DNA of 64,000 nt from Rhizophagus irregularis (lineage: Eukaryota). Below, one piece after another: positions 1 through 13,155 of this stretch. Within the stretch, counting starts at the first letter, position 1; each line of letters begins with the position of its first letter. A program made the position numbers and the translations under genes. Below the pieces are notes generated by a model that searched no databases, was not told the DNA's origin, and saw nothing but the letters and a program-made list of their open reading frames with translations. The DNA is taken from the NCBI RefSeq assembly GCF_026210795.1, contig NC_089433.1:2728001-2792000 (forward strand). The letters are read 5' to 3'.

Positions 1-1873
1 ATTTTCTTCAATTTTTCTAGCAATGGCATTAATAGAATCAGAAGACCTTTTCTTTAATGAACGTAAATTTATTACTCGCTTTTTATGACTTTTCTTTCCT
101 CCCCCGTTAGTATTCACATTTTGATTATTGTTTTCTTCCTTTTTATGTAAAAATGTCTGAATTGAAGAATCCAAAGTAAGAACATCAGAAATATTATCTA
201 TTGAACCTCTAAAACCTTTAGTAGTAAAATCATCCCAAGCAACAGTTTTTGGTCTCATAGCAATACCGGAATCATTTCTACCCAATACTTCTTGTTTATC
301 ATCTTCATTTTTCTTAATATTTTGATCATTTTGATCATTATTCTTTTCTTCATTCTTTACTTTTTTGGGTGTTATAGGAGGCTCCAAATAAAAACTTTTA
401 AAGCCTTTTCTAGAAAAATCTTTCCAATTTTTTTCAATTGGAGTACGAGGTATTTCTTCATTGTGTAATGTTTCAATATATTTTTCATCAAGAGAAAAAA
501 ACAATTTAATATATTCATCAGATAATGATGCTATACCGTTCCTTTGAAATTCTTCCCACATTTTTTCCGCTAATTGTTGTTCTTCTGATGTCATCATAGT
601 ACTCGTACGTACTATAGTACGTCTATTCAAATTATCCAACATTTCAGGTAATAATATACTAGCACATCTTGATTTACGTTCATTATTATTATTAGAAAAA
701 CTATCAGTAGTAATATTTGGTGGTATAGTTCTAGTAACTCTTAGTATACTTATAGGTCTTTCAGGTATAGAAAAATGTACCATCGATCTTCTTTTTCCCG
801 TTAAAGAACTTTTTCTACTTAGAATTGATTTTGTAGGTGATTCAAGACCATCCGCTGATTGAAAAATTTCACGTTCTTCTTGTTGAGATTTATCAACAAC
901 ATTATTATCAACTTGTTGTTTATGTTGAAATTGATGATATACTGAAGGATCATTGATTGCTTTTTTTCTTAATTCAACATAATTGTCCAGCAATACAGTT
1001 AAATGAGGAGGTAATTCAATTTCAATAGATAATTCTCTTAAATAAGCCAAAAATAAATGCAAACAAGCATTAGAACATTTAATCCATTCTTTATAAGCAT
1101 CATCAAAATTATTAAAAATTTTTCTCTTTTCATCGTCATCATTACTATTATTACTACCTATTAAACAGAATGCTAAAGATTTGATGATTTTTTGAGCGTT
1201 CATAGTATTAATATCAGAATGTGTTGTTAAAGTAGGAGAGGATGAAGATGAAGATGATATAGATGATGATAATGTTGTTGTGGTAGTTATTTGTATACAA
1301 ACATCAAATAATTCTTTAACAATATCTCTATTTAAATTTGGTATAGAATTTAAAAAATAATTAGAAAATAGTCCTTTATGAACATCAAAATTAATCCCTT
1401 GCTCAAGTCTATCAAAAGATTCATAATTACTATAAGGTATAATTGTTTTATTACAATGTCGTAATGTCCATTTCATCGCAGAAACTATATTATTTAAATC
1501 TTGATTTTTGATTTCATCTTCAAATTCTGATATATTTTCATTTAATAAACAATTTAATAAATATTTTACTTCATCACCTCCATCACCAATGCGCGTTGGT
1601 TTAAATATATTAACTGAACTTAATCCTAATTAAGTTTAAAAAACAAAACAATTTTAACTAAACTGGTAATAATATACAAAAAAAAAAAAATTTTCCCTTA
1701 CCTCTTAAACGGATCTGTTCAGCACTTTTTTTAACAATCCAGTGAGTTTCTTCTATAGTAACATTATTACCAAACTCTTTTATTTCCGTAGTAGTTTTCT
1801 TGATTGAAACTTTATTACCATTATTATTTAAATGTGTTTTCTTTTTTAGTATATGTTTCGCTCCGCGTAACAT
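1..1873 (-). CDS. RhoGAP-like (Msb1/Mug8, DUF1708-type) domain protein; runs off the window start
   Basis: Exon 1 1873-1702 (MLRGAK...EQIRLRG), GT-AG intron 1701-1626, then a long open exon (LSSVNIFKPTRIG...SAMKWTLRH...KCSNACLHLFLAYLRE) resembling the fungal Msb1/Mug8 RhoGAP-like domain. Confidence 0.65.
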
Positions 1874-2864
1874 TATGTTTTTAATAAAATGGAAGTAAAA
1901 TCACGAGAGTGAGGAAAAAAAACTTTTGAACGAAATTTTGATTTTTATTTCATAAAAAAAAGAAAAGGAAGGAATAATGAATATATATATACTATATAAA
2001 GAATATATATATATCAATGTAAACTAAAAACCGACATTGAACTTTAAAAAAGAAGGTTAAAATAATTAATATTTTGTTCTTCGGAAAAAAATAAGAATAA
2101 TAATATTTATTAAATATAAATACTAACTTAAAAAAAAAATTTAAAAAATAAAAAAAATAATTACTATTTAATACTATGGTTACTCTTTATTTGTTTCTTG
2201 TTTACCTATCCCTATCTACTAATTTAATAACAATTTTAATTATGGAAACATTGAATATTTTTTTTTTTGTTTTTTTTTAAAAAAAAAATGCGTTTCTTTT
2301 ATATCGTACGAAAAAAAAACATTCCTGTACAACATATTTAATTTCGTATGGGCATATAAATGTATGCTTCTATAGGTTAAAAAATTTTTTAAAATTAAAA
2401 GTATTGTCAGTGCTGTACATTTTATACAATGAAGTGATACAAAAGTACTAATATACGCACAATTCTTTAACATTGTATAAATGCTAGGCCAAAAAAATCA
2501 AGGATCGATCACGAACATGATTATTTTAGTTGCTAAATCTGGTTTTGAAAGTTGCTTTATTTCAGCGAAAGGCATTATGTAAATGTAAAAATATAGGATG
2601 ATTATTATTTTTAAAGATATGGAAAATCATTAAATCATTATGTTAACTGTTAACTATAATTTTAAAAATGAAAATTTTGATAAATGAAACATAGGACAAA
2701 TTTAATTTTAATAAAAACAATCGATTAAAAAACTTACCCAGAAAATCTTTCATAAATTCCAAATAAAGTCAATTACGTAATATGTAACAATAATCCATTA
2801 TAATTTCCGGATTAATAAATAAGGTTCCCCTTATAGGTTGATTGTCGCTATTACACTTAATCTG

Positions 2865-3530
2865 TTAATCTACTTCTTCGTTCTCACTTGATGAAGTATC
2901 ATAATCAATTTCACGACGGTTAGTATTTACAAAAAGATCATCAGAGTTCGTTGTATTTTCATTCCTGAAATAAATTTTTTGAATATTAAAATCAAATAAT
3001 AAATTAAATAAATAAATTTTTTTTTTTACCTCGAATCCACTATTTTATTATTATCATCATCTTGGATTTCAAATTCTTGAGGCCTTTGGATTAATTAATT
3101 TATAATATTTGAATTTTATTTCAATGAAACGGAATTATTGATATTTAACTCACCATATTCCCTCAGACTTAAAATTTTTGACATGTTCAGGAAATAAAAC
3201 GTGTTCGATTTCTCCCCCAATTTTATTTACTCGTTCAGTTTCATTTATTGGATTTATTATAACATAACTTCCTATAAATAAATATAAATAAATATATATT
3301 TATTATATAAATATATTCTTTTAAAGTGGTCCATCCTATTTACCTCGTTTTACCCATATTAGATTACGAAATTTCGGTGGCAAAGTACATAAGGTTGTAT
3401 TACCGTCGGAAAATTGTATTTCAAAAAGGTTTTTGCCACGCCAGTTTAATACTTTGGATATTTTCTGTGTTTCAGTTGGTAAAGGAACTGATTTTAACAG
3501 ATTATTTGTAGTTTTCTGTTTCCGCCCCAT
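2865..3530 (-). CDS. EIF1AD: Probable RNA-binding protein EIF1AD (eIF1A-like S1 domain), 4 exons
   Basis: RGKNLFEI...LCTLPPKFRNLIWVKRG|SYVIINP...KIGGEIEHVL...EGIW|PQEF and C-terminal DLFVNTNRR match EIF1AD. Confidence 0.9.
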
Positions 3531-4039
3531 TTTTATTCTAAGCGGTATTAACAAAAGATAAGGTTAAAAAAAAAAATTTGCCAAATAGATAAACACTAAG
3601 TGTAACATAAATCATCTGATGATTGGCATAGATTATATTTGAAGCTATACCTTACAAGACCGAATTATTGTTAATTTACATCATGTTGAACGTTTTATGT
3701 ACGATATTTTCAAAATGGTAGCCATAAAAAAACAAGATCAACCGCAACGAGAGGAGAAAACAAGTGTCAAAGTATTTAAAACAACCATCATTTAAGACTG
3801 TAAGCATAAATCAATTGATCATTGAGGATGGAATATAATCCGACACATTTCTATTTATTATTTACTGTAATATGATTTCATGGAATCATCATATATATTC
3901 AGCCAGTCAGCCATAATCACATGATTTGGTATTCTTAAAATGGTTTAGTTAATCATTTAGTCTATCATAACTTTTAAATATAAATAGACGAAGTTTTCCA
4001 CCACAGTAAAAAAATCGGTTAAAATATATATATATAACA

Positions 4040-4439
4040 ATGTCTGGAATAAATCCTTCTATCGATAATGTTTCTTCATTCAATAATACATCAGCGCCAG
4101 ATATGCCAGTTGGTCCAAATGGCGGAGATAAATATGAAAATTCAAGACACTTAAATTATGGTCAAACTGATCAAAAGAAACCTAATAATGAATCAAGGTA
4201 TGTTTTTTTCTCCCGTTAGAATTAAAATAAAGCAAGCAAGATTTTTAATTTTTTATTTTTAAAAAAGACGAAGTGTTCGTCGTTATTCTGCTTCGTCAGA
4301 CACGAAACCTGTATTGGTACATACATTTCAAGAAGAAATTCTTGGTGGATTGACTGGTGATGATCTCATTAAAATGGAAGAAGAAAAAGAGAAAGTAAGA
4401 AAAAAGAAAGATCTAGATCAAAGGAAGAAATCAGTGTAA
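4040..4439 (+). CDS. Small hydrophilic hypothetical protein (~109 aa, 2 exons)
   Basis: ATG in ACAATG context, intron GTATGT...AAG (~4198-4268); spliced frame open to TAA 4437-4439; TATAAA upstream. Confidence 0.65.
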
Positions 4440-5522
4440 ATTAGTTCAATATATTATGGGGACATTTTTTTATTTATATAGTATTTTTCATTCTGTTGTA
4501 ATAAATAATTTTTTTTTTATAACTATTATGTAAAATGACGTAAGTAAATATTCATTTTTATTGTCTATCATATTTCGTTGAGATCTATATATTTGTATAC
4601 AGTATAACATAATTTTATATAAATAAATAAAATAAATGCACTGAAAAGAAAGCTAACATAGTAAATTGCTTGAATTATATATATACAGTACGTAAGCATT
4701 CGATTAACCATTACGTAAGCAAAATGATATCATTGATAAAAAATGTAGTATCATTAGTAATCGAAACTATCAGGCTATATTTATGACATCAGGAAGAAAT
4801 ATTCAGCATGTTCATTCCGTGTTCAACTAATTCGAGGAGTTAGGATCATTATTCAATTTTAATAACAAATATAATGACAATATATATTTTTTAATTGCAG
4901 TGCATTTACGAATTTATTAAAAAAAAAATAGGATGAATACATTAAGTAAAGAACTATTTATACAACTTAATATTATTAATTTGTAAAGCATCTTTCATTC
5001 CAAAGAATCCTATATGTGCACTGTCAAATGGTTAGTTATACTGAACAAATAGGTACATTTAAAATGGTCCATCTTAGCTAATAGCCCTGTTTTTCAAAAA
5101 TAATAACCAAAATACTCCAAATGATAGCAATTAGAGGCACAAAATTTAACTCATTTTTTAAATTATATCCATATGTTTTTATATGTCTTAACTAGTTATG
5201 ATAAATGACATCTAATTGCATTACAGTTATGTTTAATAAGTTTTCATCTCTAACAACAATTAATCCACTGTTTACCATCCATCTTATATACCTTTTCTTA
5301 GTTTTGAAAACATCATTAATTTTCTCTAACAACATATTTATTAATTTTGTATATGCTTTTAATGATATTTCATTCCATATTTTTGTAATATATTTCCATA
5401 ATGCATTATTACTCTAATTTTCATATCCAGTTGTCTAAGATAGTAGTTTACATCATTTCAAATAGTATTTCATACAAAATGATTTATAATATAATGTAGC
5501 TCTGATTGATTCCATGAATAAC

Positions 5523-5630
5523 TTTTGATCTAGTAGTTTGATTTCAATGATTTTTTTTTATTTTAATCAGAGTAACAAAAGCTATTGATTAAAAAAAAAA
5601 TCATTAAAATCAGATTATTAGATCACAAAA
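5523..5630. repeat. Degenerate ~105-bp foldback (MITE remnant)
   Basis: ttttgatctagtagtttgatttcaatgatttt vs aaaatcattaaaatcagattattagatcacaaaa are imperfect reverse complements. Confidence 0.5.
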
Positions 5631-7268
5631 GGATCCTACCTACTTATAAAATAAATTACTTTCAAGCTTAACTGCTTAAAGTAAGGTTTATATATAAATT
5701 TGTTAAAAATCCTACTATAAAAAAAAATTTTATGTTACATTATTATGATTTTTTTCCTTTTTAACTAATTAACCAATAGAATTTAAGCAAATTTTAGGGT
5801 AAGGTTCATATAAAAGTTAAGATAATATTTTTGAAGTTTAAATCAAATTTAAATTAAGTTTAAATTGAAATAGTATTGAATCAAATTTTAAAGAAAAAGT
5901 TGGATTTATATAAAATATTAATTTCAAAGATGCTTTAATCAGATTTAAATCTGAAAATTAAAATAGCCAACTAAGTAATTAAATATTATTATTTTTAAAT
6001 TACTCTAAAATGCATTTGGTATAAATATAGAAATCACCCTTTCATTATAAAATTTGCCATATAATTTACTTTAATCTTTACTATTTTATATTTGATTTTT
6101 CTTTCTTTTATATAAAGAATTTTTCTTATAGCATTTTAACTGAAAAATATTTCTCAAAATTATATTATTATACATTTCAATTTTTTTTTGTAATTTTTTT
6201 TAAAAAATAATTTCTTCATCAAAATTAAAATTTATAATTTCAAATACTTATATATATTTTGCAAAAGTTTTTCAGGATCCTGAAAAATATATAAATAGGT
6301 AAGATCTCAAGTTGCTTAGAATTTGCCAAAAAAATTGTGTAAATCTTTTCTTTTTAAATAATACTAGACAGAAATTTAATTTTCTAACTGGCTAGTATTA
6401 TTATAGTTTTGGTCCTGAAAAAATGCTTAGAGCTCATAGTAAAATTTTTTTAGCTGGACTCTACCTATTTATGTATTTTCTAGGGTTCTAGTTTTCCCCT
6501 ATAAAATTGATTTATAAATACTTGTTAAAAATAAAAAGATTATTACCAAAATAGTAAAAATCATTTTGGCATTTTTAATATGATGAAATAAAAATTGATC
6601 AAAATGCAAATGATAAAATAAAAAATAATTTTAACAATTTTGATATGATAAAATTCACTAATTTCAATAAGCAACTTTAAATATAAAATTAATGTGATAT
6701 ATTTTATATCTATTTATATTGTTTTGTTTATATGATCTTTTATTTTACAAATCTTTTTATTAAAGTTCATTTGACTGCAATATACTTAAAATATTATCTT
6801 ATTAAAAATAATATTTTTATGATTTAAATTATAATATTCTAACATATTTAAAAAATCTTCATTGAGAATACTTTAATACAATTTAACATTAACTTTTATT
6901 TAAATAAATAAAACACCATTATATGGAAATACTCCTATTACTAAAGATTTTATATCAGTATTAGACTATTAGTTATTAAGAGATTTATTAGATTTTTTTC
7001 AATAATAAATACAATTAACTAATCATATCTATATTCCAATTATTTACAATCCATTTCTAATATTTTAGGCAAATTTTAATTATTTTTTTTTGGTAAATTT
7101 TTAATAAAAATGGCATCTTACATTTTATGCAAATAAACAATTTATTTCTATTTAATATTTTATATATAATACTTTAATTTACTTCAATTTTATTAATAAC
7201 TTTTAAGATTTTTAAATACTTATCACTATAAAATACTTATCTATCATTATATATCTAACCATAATCTA

Positions 7269-7388
7269 CACAGGTCGAAAAGTGAAAAATGAGGCATCAA
7301 TCAGTCACCAATCGGTCACCAATCAGGTACCTGATTGGTGACCGATTGGTGACTGATTGATGCCTGATTTTTCACTTTTCGACCTGTG
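7269..7388. mobile_element. 120-bp spacer-less palindromic MITE with CAC...GTG ends and 3-bp TSD (CMC/CACTA-like)
   Basis: Near-perfect palindrome centred on GGTACC with one mismatch; CTA on both flanks (7266-7268, 7389-7391). Confidence 0.85.
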
Positions 7389-7546
7389 CTATTATTATAA
7401 TTAATTGTCTCTTATATAGTTTTTCAGTTTTTGGTTTATTATTTATACTATTAATTTTTTTATATTTTTTATACTTGAATAGTAATATTTTTACCCTATG
7501 AAAAGTTTTTATACTTAAAATATACTTAAAATTTTATTAAAATATA

Positions 7547-8477
7547 CATAGTATTTCGATTTGTCACTTTAATTAAAATATTGATTTTGTTACATTTTTA
7601 TTATACAAAATACTATATAATATACAGTAAATTGGGGGTGAGTATTAAAAAACTTTTATTTAATGTTATTATACTTTAAATTGGTAAATATTTCTTTTAA
7701 ATTAATATAATTCTTAGAATTTACTATATATATTAAAAATTTGTATCTCAACTTTAAACGTAAATATCTCCAGATCTAATGATCCAATCGGCAAGCTCTT
7801 TTTCCGCTCATATAGACCAGATCAAGGCTTTCTGAAGAGCCTAAATTTATAAAAAACGGATCAGTGGATCCCAAGATATTTGCATTTAAGTATGTTAAAA
7901 AGTTCGTACCTCAACTTTAAACGTAAATATCTCTGGATCTAATAATTCAATCAGCGAGCTCTTTTTTCGCCTATAAAGTCCAGAACAAGGGCTTTCCAAC
8001 GAGCCTAAAATTATAGAAAACGGATCAGTGAATCTTGATATATTTGCATCTAAAGATGGTAATATAAATTCCAATATAAAATAATTATTTTTATTGTTTG
8101 AAAATATCTATTATGATACCATCTTTTATATGATATTTTTATTATACTTTTATAAATATTTATAGCTACTAAGACTATATAAATTTTTATTTTACTTTAT
8201 ATTTTATTAAAATATACTTACTTTTTAATAATATATGTTAAAAATTCCATATATATGAGAAATAGGTTTTTTATTAGTGAAATGGGTTTTTTCACACCTC
8301 TTTTACATTTAATAATTTAAGTTTTGCAAATGTAAATTTTTGTTCAACTTATTATTTAGTCAAGTGATCATCAATCAGATGATTTTTTGGTATTACAAAA
8401 CAATTTTGAGTAATGAAAATTATGAAAATCAATTCAATAACTTTTTTTAATGCAAAGTAGACAAATCAGTCCATATG
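7547..8477. mobile_element. Insertion with degenerate TIRs inside the left arm of the foldback element; holds two tandem ~163-bp units
   Basis: Interrupts the host arm; ends cata...gatttgtcacttt / aaagtagacaaatc...tatg; direct repeats ~7746-7890 and ~7909-8055. Confidence 0.65.
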
Positions 8478-8912
8478 ACTTAAAATAAGTATCAATTTTA
8501 ATTCGCGATATACTTATAATATACCTAAAATGTACTGTACCTAAAATACTCTTAAAATATACTTTTAATGTACTTGTTTTTTGCTCAAGTACTTAAATTA
8601 TATTTAAAATATACTTAAACTAAAATTTAAGTACAATATAAGTGTATTTACATGTTTAAAATATTCTTAAAATATGCTTAAATTAAAATTTAAGTACAAT
8701 ATAAGTGTATTTTCTATATACTTAAAATATACTTAAATTGAATTTTAAGCACATTTTAAGAATATTTTAAACATGTAAAAAATACACTTATATTGTCTTT
8801 AAATTCTAGTTTAAGTATATTTTAAATATAATTTAAGTACTTGGGCAAAAAACAAGTAGATTAAAAGTATATTTTAAAAGTATTTTAGATACATTTTAGG
8901 TATACTACAAGT

Positions 8913-9258
8913 TATACATGCCACCCAAATTATTTTGGGCTGCCGTAATTATAAGTAAAATCCCAAATTCAATTATGGCATCCCAAATTATTTTGGCACT
9001 TTACATAGTAAATTATATATAAACTGAATGAATTACGGCATCCCAAATTATAATTATTATATCCCAAAATAATTGATGTAATACAAGTAACGCCACCCAA
9101 ATTATTTTAATTGCTGTAATTATAAGTAAAATCCCAAATTAATTATGGCATCCCAAATTATTTTGGACTTTACATAGTAAATTATATATAAACCGAATGA
9201 ATTATGGCATCCCAAATTATAATTATGACATCCCAAAATAATTTGGGCAACATGTATA
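8913..9258. mobile_element. hAT/MULE-like MITE (TATACATG termini), internally duplicated copy
   Basis: TIR tatacatgccacccaaatt / aatttgggcaacatgtata; flanks actacaagt / actataagt; same family at 38414-38590. Confidence 0.85.
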
Positions 9259-9857
9259 ACTATAAGTATATCACGAATTAAAATTGATACTTATTTTAAG
9301 TATATTTTAATAAAATTTTAAGTATATTTTAAGTATAAAAACTTTTCATAGGGTTACTAATTTTTGCAGCTATTTTTTTTAAATTAAAACCTAATTCTAA
9401 TAATTAAATTATTTGAATTCTTTGTTTTATTATTAGTTAATTTAATATATTTAAAATAAAAAAGTAAAGAAAAGTAATAAAAAAGATAATTAAACCTTTA
9501 TATTTTAAAAACCTTTTATAAATTTTTTAAAAAATATGATTATTTTGCTATAATGTAAACTGTTAAAAGAAATATAATACTAAAAAGAGATAAAGTAAAA
9601 ATTAAATTTAACCAAAATTTCAGTAGAATTAGTTCTAATTAAAATTATTAATATTTTATAAGTAATATTAGTATAATGGATTTCATTAATAATAATATGA
9701 AATATAAAAAATTTATTAGTACAGTTTGATTTTTATGTAATCATATCTTATATAATCACATCTCTTTATAAGCATTCATTTTTGTAAAACAAATTTTAGT
9801 ATTATTAAATTATCTTCATATTAGTTATAATCACTATTACACAAAATTCTTAATATA

Positions 9858-10055
9858 CAGTCAGCCCCTTTATAGTCACACCACTTGGGATCAAAAAAAA
9901 AAGGGTGTGATTATAAAAAAAGTCATATGTTGTGACTATAGAGAAGGTTTTTCTAATATATTTATTAGTACATTGGGCCAAAATATGGTGTGCTTATAAA
10001 AGGGGAATTTTATATGTTGTGATTATATGGGGGTGACTATATAGGGGGTCGACTG
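9858..10055. mobile_element. Tc1/mariner-pogo-like MITE
   Basis: TA|cagtcagcccctttatagtcacacc ... ggggtgactatatagggggtcgactg|TA. Confidence 0.8.
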
Positions 10056-10060
10056 TATAT

Positions 10061-10215
10061 GGGGTCTTTGCAATAGAAAAGTACGAAACTCAAAAAAAAT
10101 TTTAATTTTACTTTATATGCTAATTATGTTTTTTTTACTGAAATAAATGCAAATTTAATATTAATTCAATTTTTGATATTTTTTGAGTTTCGTACCTTTC
10201 TATTGCAAAGACCCT
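10061..10215. mobile_element. MITE with GRG-type terminus and ATAT TSD (Sola-like)
   Basis: ~38-bp TIR ggtctttgcaatagaaa(a/g)gtacgaaactcaaaaaaat; ATAT on both flanks; second copy at 41813-42256. Confidence 0.8.
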
Positions 10216-10362
10216 ATATATTATTTATATTAATAAAAAAACTTATTGCAATCTATAAATTATAATTCTAACTATGTATTATAATCTTTGGCTAAAATTA
10301 TAAAATTGTATAATAATTTTGTAAGTTATAATTTTCATATTAGAAAATTTTGTAATTCCAAC

Positions 10363-11790
10363 TAAAGATGACGCCGCAAATAGGCAATTGCAGAATAATT
10401 GCGATTTGCGATATTGCGGAACATTGCGGATTTTGAAGTCTAAATATCCGCAAATTCGCAATTCGCAATTGTTCGCAATTCTGCAAATATTCCGCAATTC
10501 TGCAAATGATCTAAAGTACCGCAATTCAATTGCGGTACAATTGCGGTACTTTACGAAATTGCAGAACATTTGCGGATTTGCGGATTTGCCAATTATAGTC
10601 CGCCAGTCTGACACAGATTATCAGATGAATTGCGTAGTACAAATCATCTGATGATCTCTTTTTCTTTTTTATTGAAGTTTCTGGACAAAAATTATGACTG
10701 AACTTTTTAAAATGGAGTCATGTAGATAAGGAGAAACTGGACAGCAAGTTGTTTTTTTTAATAAATTTATTTTTTTTTTGATTTTGTAGAGTTGCCGGAC
10801 GAAAAGTATAGCCGGACTTTTGAAATTGAGGTAAGAGAAGGACCGGGAAGGATTTTTGTTATTTTTTTTTTAATTTATTTTTTTTTCATTTTTGTAGTGT
10901 TGCCGGATGAAAAGCTCAAGATAAGGGAAGAACGGGAAGGGTTTTCGTTATTTTTTTAATAACTAATTTATTTTTTTTTTGTTTTTGTTGAAGCATGACC
11001 GGACTTTTGAAATTAAGGTAAGGAAGGACCAGGAAGGGTTTTTGTTGCTTTTTTTTTTAATATTTTCAAACTAATTTATTTTTTTTTCATTTTTGTAGAG
11101 TTGCCAAACGAAAAGCACGACCAAACTTCTGGAATTCGAGGTGGGAGGACCGGGGGATTTTACTTTTTTTTTAATAATTTTCACTAATTTATTTTTTTTT
11201 TCGTTTTTGTAGAGTTGCCAGACGAAAAGTATGACCAGAATTCTGGATTGAGGTAAGGGAGGACCGGAAAAATTTTGTTATTTTTTTTTGATAAATTTAA
11301 TTAATTTATTTTTTTTTCTTTTCGTAGGGTTTTAATAATTAAAGACACGACCAGAATTTTGAAATTGAGGTAAGGGAGAAAGTAAGGAAAAGATGTTTGT
11401 TGCTAATTTTCTTTAAAAAGAAACGTCACTAACATTTCTTTTCTTTTTATAGGGTTGCTGGATGAAAATATATAGCGCGGGAAACTTATTTTAAAAATGG
11501 ACAAAATTGTCCAGAATTTTTTCTAAGAAACGGCACAGTTATGCAATTTAGAAAAATATCGGTCTATGCTTAAGACGAATGATAAATAAACAAATAAATA
11601 AATAAATAAATTTATTATATTGATTTAAAAAACATTTTTATTTATTTATCGTTATAAACGTTTAAAAAATAATTTATTATTTAAAAACATTAGCCAATCA
11701 GAATTGTGGAATTGCGGATTACTAACCGCAATTTGACTCCAAAATCCGCAATATTGCGAATTTGAAAAATCATTTGAGGGCCCATCCTTA
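10363..11790. mobile_element. Non-autonomous hAT-like element with TTGCG(G) subterminal repeats and an internal ~110-bp tandem array
   Basis: Exact 8-bp TSD attccaac (10355-10362, 11791-11798); imperfect TIR taaagatgacgccgcaaat / atttgagggcccatcctta. Confidence 0.85.
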
Positions 11791-12204
11791 ATTCCAACCA
11801 ACACTATATTTGGCTAAAATATTAATATGTTTATAATTTTGGCCAGAATTTAATTTTGGTTAAATTTAAAATTTTCTATATAATCACTTTTTTATATAAT
11901 CATTAATTTTAAAGAAAGGTCAGACTATATATGTAATTATTAATATATAGAATATTTTTAACCAAGATAGTGTAATTTGTGAGTTTATTAATTATATGTA
12001 AGAATATAAAAACATCTGTTAATTAATATATAGAATATTAATACAATTAGATTACTATATTTACCTAATTGGATAAAAAACAATAATTATATAGAGTTGA
12101 TGTGATTATACAGACTAACAGGAGTCAATTTATTAATGTAAATTAAGCAAAATAGGTATTTATAAAGAGGTATTCTTATATAGAAATTAGGAAGTGATTA
12201 TATA

Positions 12205-12399
12205 CAGTCAAAGCTCGTTATAGTAAATTTCGTTATAGTGAACATTAAGTAAAATCACGTTATAGTGACCTATTGATTTTTTTCCTTATAATTAATTTCT
12301 CTCGATATAGTGAATTTTCTTAATAAATCTCGTTATAGTGAAAAAAAGGGAAAAAATTACATAGTGGAACGGAAAGTTTACTATAACGAGCTTTGATTG
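12205..12399. mobile_element. Tc1/mariner-pogo-like MITE
   Basis: TA|cagtcaaagctcgttatagtaaa ... tttactataacgagctttgattg|TA; internal cgttatagtg repeats. Confidence 0.85.
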
Positions 12400-12437
12400 T
12401 AGAGGTCTAACTGTACTTTAAAATTTAACTGTATATA

Positions 12438-12808
12438 CAGTAAAATTTAATAAACCAGATCTATCAGTTTCACTAAAAATATCTGGTTTATTGGGATATC
12501 CAGTATAACGAAAAAATTTTGATAGAATTTTCAAAAAATTCATGAAAATGAATATAAAATATTTTTAATTGAAGATATAAGTGATACATAACTTCAGCCG
12601 GAATTAAGATTTTTATAATTCTGGCCAAAATTAAGATTTACCGCATCACGTTACTTAAATTTTATTGGTTAGTGATTACGTGATCCGGTTTATTGAATCA
12701 TTTTTACTATACAACTATTTTAATATATATGATTTGGGTTCCAGCAAAAAAAATCCGGTTTAGGCCCAAATCCGATTTATCGAAGATCCGGTTTATCGAA
12801 TTTCACTG
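12438..12808. mobile_element. Tc1/mariner-pogo-like MITE
   Basis: TA|cagtaaaatttaataaaccagatct ... agatccggtttatcgaatttcactg; internal atccggttta repeats. Confidence 0.75.
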
Positions 12809-12869
12809 TGTATATAAAAAAAAAAAGCTTTTTAAAATGCCAGTTACAGTCTAAAAATTAAAGATCTTA

Positions 12870-13155
12870 ATATAGTCCCGAAAATAAGCATCCCTTTTTT
12901 GCACATAATGCCGGCCAAAATCATCATAATTCTGGCCAAATCGTCATAACATGCTGATATAAAGTATAATTTTTTTAATTCTACATTTGTGAAAAGAATA
13001 TATCACAATTTAACTATTTAACTATCACTGTTTCCCCAAATTTCCAAAGCCTTAAGAGCTTTCTTTAATGGAACGCAGCCTCTATTAATGTTAATAATCT
13101 TCGCTGCGGGCAAAAGGTGCTTATTTTCGGGGGATGCTTATTTTCGGGACTACAG
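12870..13155. mobile_element. Tc1/mariner-like MITE
   Basis: TIR tagtcccgaaaataagcatccc / gggatgcttattttcgggacta, TA flanks. Confidence 0.8.

Larger units (their letters stand above)
7494..9353. mobile_element. Foldback TIR element (CCC...GGG, TTA TSD) carrying two nested insertions
   Basis: ccctatgaaaagtttttatacttaaaatatac... mirrored at 9300-9353; TTA at 7491-7493 and 9354-9356; left arm resumes at 8478. Confidence 0.85.

Noticed and set aside
4960..5520. Decayed minus-strand coding fragment (..PFDSAHIGFFG..)
   Set aside because: Many stops and no family I can recognise.
7825..7860. Hammerhead ribozyme core (CTGAAGAG)
   Set aside because: No downstream GAAA/stem II, and the motif is not kept in the sister copy.
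10279..10651. Two overlapping ORFs (111 and 87 aa)
   Set aside because: They lie in TTGCG subterminal repeats of the hAT element; low-complexity artefacts.
10670..11460. Repeat array as CRISPR
   Set aside because: Eukaryotic context, whole units are degenerate copies with no unique spacers, no cas genes.
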